Of a stretch of 64,000 nt of DNA, positions 60,037 to 64,000 are shown piece after piece; the stretch's first letter is position 1, and each line of letters opens with the position of its first letter. A program made the position numbers and the translations under genes. The stretch lies in contig CAKKNE010000005.1 in assembly GCA_918797485.1 (NCBI GenBank), positions 3,596,001 to 3,660,000 of the forward strand. Direction: 5' to 3'. The notes below the pieces were generated by a model that saw only the letters and a program-made list of their open reading frames with translations, was not told the DNA's origin and did not search any database. The stretch comes from Pelagomonas calceolata. Taxonomy: Eukaryota.

Positions 60037-60976
60037 ATGATCCGTAAGCTTGCTCTTGTTTTAGCCCTCTCTGCCTCGAGCCAAGCACTGCTGCAGCCGC
60101 GCAATCGCCGCGCCCTGTCAGTCCGCGGCGGTGGCGACACCCTTACTAATGTACGCTTCCCGCGCCGTGAACAGATTGACTTTTGCGACCGCGCGTGGGG
60201 CCGCGGCGCCGGCGGGCCCGCGTCAAAGTTGGTTTAAATCTATAGCGTGCGTGCCCGCTTACCTTCTCTCTCCCGCGGCGCGCGGGCGCGCGGCGACGCC
60301 GCGACGGTGGCACGCGCAGGTCGCCGCCGGCCTCATCGGCGCGCAAGGCGTCATGTCGTACCTCGGTCCCGCCCAGACGATGGAGAGCTACGGCATGAAG
60401 AGTGATGCATTCACGGACGCCATCGTTCGCGGCTCCGGCGCGTGGCAGATGTGCGCGGCGGCCACTATGGTACTCGACGAGGAGACGATCCTGGACAAGG
60501 CTTTCATCCCCGTGATCGCGGCCATGCTCCTATACATCCCCGCCATTACTGAAGTCAAGGGCGGCATACCCAAGGAGCCTCTCGTCGCGTGGCTCGGCGT
60601 CCACGTGGTCCTCGCGACGCTGGCGGAGTCCGGCAAAGTGAACAAATGGGTGGCGCCGGCGCTCTACATCTTCAACGGCGCCCAAGCCTACTTCGCGCCC
60701 GAACAAACGTTCAAGCTCTACGGCGGCCCCGCGCTCTCGGCGGAGGGCGTCCACGTGACCCGCGTCTGGGGCACGGCTATGCTCTGCACCGCCGCTTACC
60801 TGTCCGCGCTCGCGAACGGCGACGGCGCGCGCAAGGGCGTCGGCTACGCCTACCTCGTGGCCGCCGGCACCGTTATCCGCTCATTCGTGTTCGACACCGA
60901 CCTCGGCGTTTCGCGTCCCATCCTGGCCGCATGGATCGTCGCCTGCCTCGGCATCGCGTACCTCGGGCTCAACTAG
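60037..60976 (+). CDS. Signal-peptide multi-pass membrane protein with internal duplication; join(60037..60150,60320..60976)
   Basis: Signal peptide + VRGG; GTACGC..CGCAG intron in phase 0; repeats YLGPAQTMESYG / YFAPEQTFKLYG. Confidence 0.72.
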
Positions 60977-61048
60977 AAGAGGCGCGCTGGGCTGATCCCC
61001 GACCAAGCGGGGACTACTACTACTAAGCCTCCTTACATCGACAACATT

Positions 61049-61109
61049 CTTACAGTTCGTCTCTCCGCCGCTTCGCGCGTCTTACAGTTCGTCCCTCCGC
61101 CGCTTCGCG
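61049..61109. repeat. 32-bp tandem duplication of the DnaJ gene 3' end
   Basis: CTTACAGTTCGTCTCTCCGCCGCTTCGCG / CTTACAGTTCGTCCCTCCGCCGCTTCGCG. Confidence 0.85.
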
Positions 61110-61720
61110 TACGCCGCGTAGCGCCTCCGCACCTCGGCCGGGTCCACGCGCCTCCCGTTAACCGTAAAGCGCACGTTCCCCTGGCCGACGTGGTCGCCGA
61201 CCTTCTTCATGATGTGTTCTAAATCAAGCTTCGACAGGGTCCATACCAGCCAAGACATGGAGCTCTTGAGGAGCGACCGCTTGATCCGCACCGCGTAGGA
61301 TTCGCCAGGGCTCGTCGGCCAGGCTCGCTCCACGGACTGCTTCAGCGATTGCTCGAGGAGCGTCGCGTTCGACCAGGCCTTGGCGATGTGCTCGCCGTAT
61401 CCTTTGAACGCGTCGCCAAATTCTTCTTCGAAGCGGAATAGCGCTGCGAACAAGGCCTCCTCGGGCGGCGTGCCCGCTGGTGGCTTGCTCGCGCCGCCCG
61501 GCTGCGAAAGGCTCTCGTAGGCGTCGTGGATCTTGATGAATTCATTACTATCACCTCCTTTGTCCGGGTGGTGCTCGCGGGCCAAACGCTTGTACGCCTT
61601 CTTTATCTCTTCGGGTGTGGCGCCCTTACGCAAGCCCAAAGTCCTCAGCGCGTCGCTTTCGAACATGCCAGCTGCGCTGAAGAACGTCAGCACGCATGTG
61701 AGGAGCCACAGCACTCGCAT
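61082..61720 (-). CDS. ER-luminal DnaJ-domain co-chaperone
   Basis: Signal peptide, IKKAYKRLAREHHPDKGG..AYESL J-domain, C-terminal RDEL. Confidence 0.88.
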   Translation of the reverse strand: MRVLWLLTCVLTFFSAAGMFESDALRTLGLRKGATPEEIKKAYKRLAREHHPDKGGDSNEFIKIHDAYESLSQPGGASKPPAGTPPEEALFAALFRFEEEFGDAFKGYGEHIAKAWSNATLLEQSLKQSVERAWPTSPGESYAVRIKRSLLKSSMSWLVWTLSKLDLEHIMKKVGDHVGQGNVRFTVNGRRVDPAEVRRRYAAYAKRRRDEL

Positions 61721-61963
61721 GGTGAAAGCCTCCAGCCGGCTGTACCCTGGCAAGGGCTGACGGCTTACTCGCCCGCGCAGCGCTAACTACAGCACTGTCA
61801 GCAGACGAGTGTCGAGCTGTGTAGCGACGAATGAGGACTATTGCCGCGGCAGCGATGGCGTGCCGTTGCACAGCAGCGAGGGCAACACTAAGACGCAATA
61901 TAGAAGGACCTGGTGCCCCTATTTGGCAGCCTCCACGCGTAGCAAAGTGCCGCATGCGAGTTA

Positions 61964-61985
61964 GCTAGCGGCAGTGACACACTAA
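61964..61985 (-). promoter_or_regulatory. Degenerate CTAG motif
   Basis: GCTAGCGGCAGTGACACACTAA between divergent DnaJ and dynein starts. Confidence 0.5.
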
Positions 61986-62045
61986 TCAATACAAATATTT
62001 AAGACAGCCAAACCGCGCAATTGCGCAGCGTCGCGCAGCGATGCA

Positions 62046-64000
62046 ATGAGCGCTCCGCTGCAAGACAAGCAGAACATCGATAGTTCAGTTGTGATGTCGG
62101 CTGAAAAAAAGCCACCAGGAACGCCGTCGCGCGCCGCAATGGAGGCCGCAGCGGCAGACACGCCAACGACGCCGCCGCCTGGGATGACCGCGGAAGAGGC
62201 TGACGCGGAGACGCCGGTCATGAGCGCCGAGGCCGCGGACGCCGAGACGCCGGAGCCGGCGACGCCCGAGCCCGCGACAACAACAACGCCGGCCACGCTC
62301 GACGCGCTCCACAATTACCTGGGCCCGCTCTGCCAGGCGCTGCTCGGCGCGACGCCCGAGGCCCTACGCCGCGCGGATGATAGTAATGTGGCCTGGTTCG
62401 CGGGCCAGCCGGCCGGGTCCACGCTCGTGTGCACGACGGACGACGACGGCAATGTAACGTACCACCGCGGCCGGAGTCGTAGCGGCGCGTCGAGGTACGT
62501 GGTCGTCGCGTCGACGGCTCCCTTGGGACCGACCATATCGGAAGGAGGGTTAGCGGCGGACGCGTTGACAGTCGTATTAAGTGGCAGAGACGCGGATCCG
62601 ATAAACGAGGCGAAGGGCGTCGTGCGCGCGGCACTGGCGCCGCTCGTCGCCGAGGTCGAGGACGAGACTTCGAACGTGGCCGCGGTGAAACGACGGCTGG
62701 GCGAATTAGATGCCGCTCTATCTAGGTGCGGTCACAAGGGCGACGCGGCCCTGGTCTCGCTACCACTTACACCTCCACCGAAGATCGCGGACCTCCTCTC
62801 GCACATGAAGAGTGATGAAGTCGCCGATCAGATAGGAGAGGACTCTACCATAGCCGACCGCTGCGCCGAGAGCGTCGCGGCGTGGGCCGCTTCTACTCGT
62901 GCACTGGCCGAGCTCGTCGAGTCCACACAAGATGACAATAATCCTTTGTACTTCGCTTCCACGCCGTCGGGCTGCGACGCCTTGCACGCCGAAGTGGAGC
63001 GCTGGCGCGCCTATTCAGCTGCCGTTAACAATGCTCAGACGACGCGGAAGAGTGCATCTGCAGTCGCTCTAGGTGCCATCCTCAAGAGAAACCGGAGGTT
63101 CGTGGCTGCTGCCCAATTAGATGACGGCGTCACGGGACCTTTACAGAGAGCGGCGGACGCGTGTAGGGACGCCAAGAGTCTCTTGTCATCTTTACCGTTG
63201 GATCGACTGGAGTCCGCCGCCTCGCTACCCGACTTGACGGAGACGTCTGATAACTTCTTCAAAGCACTAGGCAAGCTCAAAGCCACTAGACGATATGATA
63301 TGTCAAGGGCCGCTCGTTTAGTCGAGTGCGCGTCTTCTGCCATAGGAGAACGAGCCTCGTTCCTACTCGAAGACCAAAAGTCTCTCCTAGATGAGTCAAA
63401 TGAAGACGCCTTCGAGCATGCGGAGCAGTTGTTTCGTGTCACGCGGCAAGGGTGCCGCAAGTTCCGGGAAGTAGCTTTGGACTTAGCGAGGCGAGGCGCC
63501 GACGTCTCCCTCAACCTAGTCTTGGATCATGAGCGCGTCGAAAAGCGATTGACACAAGTCAAGGACTTCCTCCGGCGCCACGCGACCTTCCGAAGAGTCC
63601 TCGACGAGGCTTTGAGTGGAGACGAACGGCCTCTCGCCGAACTCGACGGCGCGTTCCGGGAATTCCGCGAAAGTCTGGGTAGCAAAGTCATCGACGCGTC
63701 GTTCGACGGCGACGCGACCTGGAATGCCGCAGCAGCACATTACCAAAAGCGCGTCACGCACTGCGAGACTTTAGCTGCGCAGCGCATGGCCGAGTCGCTC
63801 GACCAGGCGTCGGGCACGGACGCGGTCTTCGAGGTCTTTAAGGCCTTCCAGCCTTTGTTGGATCGCGTGCCTGTTCGCAGGGCGGCGCAGAGAAGGCAGT
63901 CTGAGTTGATAGAAGCGGTAGCATCTGAACTTGATGCGTTGAAGACGGCCTGTACTCGTAGATATGAAAATTCGGGCTGTCGGTCCCTAGATGTGCTGAG
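62046..64000 (+). CDS. DYNC1H1: Cytoplasmic dynein 1 heavy chain, N-terminal tail (runs off the window end; absent from the ORF track)
   Basis: Manual translation: VKRRLGELDAAL, EVERW, ILKRNRRFVAAAQLD, LPLDRLESAASL, KLKATRRYDMSRAARLVE, resembling DHC_N1 of cytoplasmic dynein. Confidence 0.8.
   Translation, partial: MSAPLQDKQNIDSSVVMSAEKKPPGTPSRAAMEAAAADTPTTPPPGMTAEEADAETPVMSAEAADAETPEPATPEPATTTTPATLDALHNYLGPLCQALLGATPEALRRADDSNVAWFAGQPAGSTLVCTTDDDGNVTYHRGRSRSGASRYVVVASTAPLGPTISEGGLAADALTVVLSGRDADPINEAKGVVRAALAPLVAEVEDETSNVAAVKRRLGELDAALSRCGHKGDAALVSLPLTPPPKIADLLSHMKSDEVADQIGEDSTIADRCAESVAAWAASTRALAELVESTQDDNNPLYFASTPSGCDALHAEVERWRAYSAAVNNAQTTRKSASAVALGAILKRNRRFVAAAQLDDGVTGPLQRAADACRDAKSLLSSLPLDRLESAASLPDLTETSDNFFKALGKLKATRRYDMSRAARLVECASSAIGERASFLLEDQKSLLDESNEDAFEHAEQLFRVTRQGCRKFREVALDLARRGADVSLNLVLDHERVEKRLTQVKDFLRRHATFRRVLDEALSGDERPLAELDGAFREFRESLGSKVIDASFDGDATWNAAAAHYQKRVTHCETLAAQRMAESLDQASGTDAVFEVFKAFQPLLDRVPVRRAAQRRQSELIEAVASELDALKTACTRRYENSGCRSLDVL

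Noticed and set aside
1120..61985. CTAG motif copies as a CRISPR array or tandem repeat
   Set aside because: Copies are dispersed kilobases apart, one per intergenic region; no spacers or cas genes; eukaryotic context
1..64000. Nucleosome-scale periodicity in CG/GC content
   Set aside because: Patchiness is visible, but periodicity cannot be established without an autocorrelation or Fourier analysis

Overview
GC-rich, gene-dense, intron-poor eukaryotic nuclear DNA. It most resembles a pelagophyte stramenopile alga (Pelagomonas/Aureococcus-like); this is inferred from ASAF-type plastid targeting peptides, a MYND-RINGv protein, a DUF285 protein and introner-type GC-AG introns. About 38 protein-coding genes are supportable, including F-box/Kelch, XPG, pICln, kinesin-7, dTMP kinase, KIN17, a kexin-like protease, CRAL-TRIO, DCN1-like, rhomboid, SLC4 and the start of cytoplasmic dynein heavy chain. 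Six introns were reconstructed by restoring reading frames. No rRNA, tRNA or CRISPR was found. Main observations: (1) a bipartite motif, GCTAG-TGTCTTACA-x-CGCTAGC, occurs once in almost every promoter or divergent intergenic region, and no copy was noticed in coding DNA. (2) Three copies of a TIR-bearing introner transposon with 8-bp target duplications create in-frame GC-AG introns. (3) Two TIR MITEs are present: one hAT-like with a perfect 8-bp TSD, and one whose TIR carries the promoter-like motif. (4) A Tudor-domain protein has a C-terminal region resembling phage thymidine-hypermodification (aGPT-Pplase1) enzymes. (5) Unusual fusions include PH-rhomboid, a eukaryotic OmpA-C protein and a kexin-like protease with a SAM tail. 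All calls were made by eye; no searches were run.
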